Assembly: GCF_044704955.1 (NCBI RefSeq)
Contig: NC_091993.1
Location: 112,406,001-112,470,000, forward strand
From: Pristiophorus japonicus
Taxonomy: Eukaryota
DNA length: 64,000 bases
Reading direction: 5' to 3'
Shown here: piece by piece, positions 62,291 to 64,000 of the stretch
Layout: every line of letters starts with the position of its first letter
Numbering within the stretch: the stretch's first letter is position 1
Notes under the pieces: model-generated
What the model saw: the letters and a program-made list of their open reading frames with translations, nothing else
Told to the model about the DNA's origin: nothing
The model's database searches: none
Program-made: the position numbers and the translations under genes

Positions 62291-63346
62291 GAAAGCAGTA
62301 GCCATAATCTTTTTGGATGGCGGAGCAGGCTCAGGGAGGCCCCGTGGCCTACTCCTGCTCCTATTTTTTAATGATCTTATTATGCTACAAGGAGCCGCCA
62401 CAAACCTCAGCCAATTTTCAGGGTCAGGGCAATTTGCATTAGTTAAGCGCACTCCTCGGTCTCAGTCAGGGAGCTTGCCTGGCAGGGAGGGTGGGGGAAC
62501 AGGAGGGCTTTTGGGAGACCACTATAGTTATTGCTGTATGGCCTGGGATCGACTGGCCCCAAATCCCTTTTACCCCCTCTCCTGCCCCTGCCACCCCCCC
62601 CCCCCGCCCTCCGCCAATAGGATCGCTGGATTTCAGGCATGCACAGGTGTCCAGTGCACCCAGTGTTGCAAAGGTGCAAATGTTGGAAATGATGTCATCA
62701 GACTAGATCTACACACATTAGGGTGCATTAATAAGCACCCAGCCATACTTCTGGTGGAAAAAGGTAGAAGTGGTAGTGTTGGGGGCGGAAGGGGGGGACT
62801 GGGTACCAGACAGTTTCAAGTGGAGTTATACTGTTAAAATCTGGGCTGCTAAATGGCCACTGGGGCAAAGTACAGGAGGGCAGTCAGCATCTTCGGAAAC
62901 AGACTCCAGCTTGAGTAGCAGAGGGGAGCGAAGAGGTTCAAATCAAATCTTTGTGAAGACATCAATTTAAGCAAATGAAATGGTTGTGCAGATCTCACAA
63001 AAGGTTCACTCCTCGAATACTAATAACCCAGTACAGAAGAGATATTGCATCTTCTCTGCTTTTGTCCTTGGTAATTAATTGATTATATTTCATTCAAATT
63101 ATTTGACCACTGAAGTTCAGAACTGTCAAATTCTTCCGACAAATGATCAAATCAAATGACTCGGGGACAAATTCGAGAGCGTCCCGTTTGAGGCGGTAAT
63201 TTTTAGATGTTGGAAAAATTAGTGCCAGGCGCTAATGGTTTCGAAATTCAAAATAATGCAGCATTTGTGCTCCAGGAAGGAAGTGGAGCACTAAATCAAA
63301 CACTGCACTTCCTTCCTGGAGCACGAGGCAGCAGGTGGGGCAGCAG

Positions 63347-64000
63347 GCACACCATCCTCAATCGAGTGTTCTCGACTCCATCCCGCAGCATGCGACCCGC
63401 CACCACCTCAGCGAAACCCCAACGTTGCACGAGGCAGGCAAAGCCATAGGACAGCTCAAGAAGAACAAGGCTGCGGGAGCGGATGGAATCCCTGCTGAGG
63501 CGCTAAAATATGGCGGAGAGGCACGGATACATGACCTCGTCTCTCTCATCTGGAGGGAGGAGAGCATGCCGGCAGATCTCAGAGATGCAGTGACCGTGAC
63601 CATCTTTAAAAAAGGGGACAAGTCTGACTGCGGCAACGACAGGGGAATCTCCCTGCTATCAGCCACTGGGAAAGTTGTCGCTAGCGTTCTCCTCAACCAT
63701 CTTCTCCCTGTGGCCGAGGAGCTCCTCCCGGAATCACAGTGTGGATCTCTTCCCCTACGGGGTACAACGGACATGATCTTTGCAGCGTGACAACCGCAAG
63801 AAAAATGCAGAGAGCAGCGCCAGCCCTTATACATGGCCTTTTTCGATCTTACAAAGGCCTTTGACACTGTCAACCGTGAGGGTCTATGGAGCGTCCTCCT
63901 CCGTTTCGGATGCCCCCAAAAATTTGTCAACATCCTCCGCCCGCTCCACGACGACATGCAGGCCGTGATCCTTACCAACGGATCCATTACAGACCCAATC
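63347..64000 (+). mobile_element. RTE-clade LINE RT fragment, running off the window
   Basis: KAAGADGIPAEALK, FKKGDKSDCGNDRGISLLS, PESQCG, RGTTDMIF and AFFDLTKAFDTV, with an in-frame stop at 63788-63790. Confidence 0.92.

Overview
Repeat-dense vertebrate genomic DNA, most likely from a cartilaginous fish (shark). This is inferred from the repeat repertoire: CR1 LINEs with (CATAGAAA)n/(CATAGAAT)n tails, SacSINE1/DeuSINE-type SINEs, Penelope termini and Harbinger elements. The only host gene I can support is PM20D1 (M20-family N-fatty-acyl-amino acid synthase/hydrolase) on the minus strand. Its last four coding exons (42575-42504, 39425-39260, 37417-37318, 30564-30435) splice in frame with GT-AG sites to a 155-aa C-terminus. 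The upstream exons were not found and probably lie beyond 64000. The rest is mostly transposon debris: a decayed two-gene Harbinger/PIF transposon, many CR1/L2/RTE fragments, a Vingi/Ingi-like 3' end, a truncated Gypsy element and solo LTRs, Penelope pieces with minimal hammerhead-ribozyme motifs, SINEs, MITEs, a 32-bp minisatellite, a G-rich tract and a 5.3-kb 23-bp satellite. The most unusual object is a 355-bp retroposed element (47508-47862) with a 10-bp TSD and an A-tail, built as a mosaic of U1 and U2 snRNA stem-loops whose pairing is kept despite sequence drift. It resembles the SINEU elements described from crocodilians. All very long ORFs in the track are tandem-repeat artefacts. Repeat boundaries are approximate, and family names come from recalled consensus features, not database searches.
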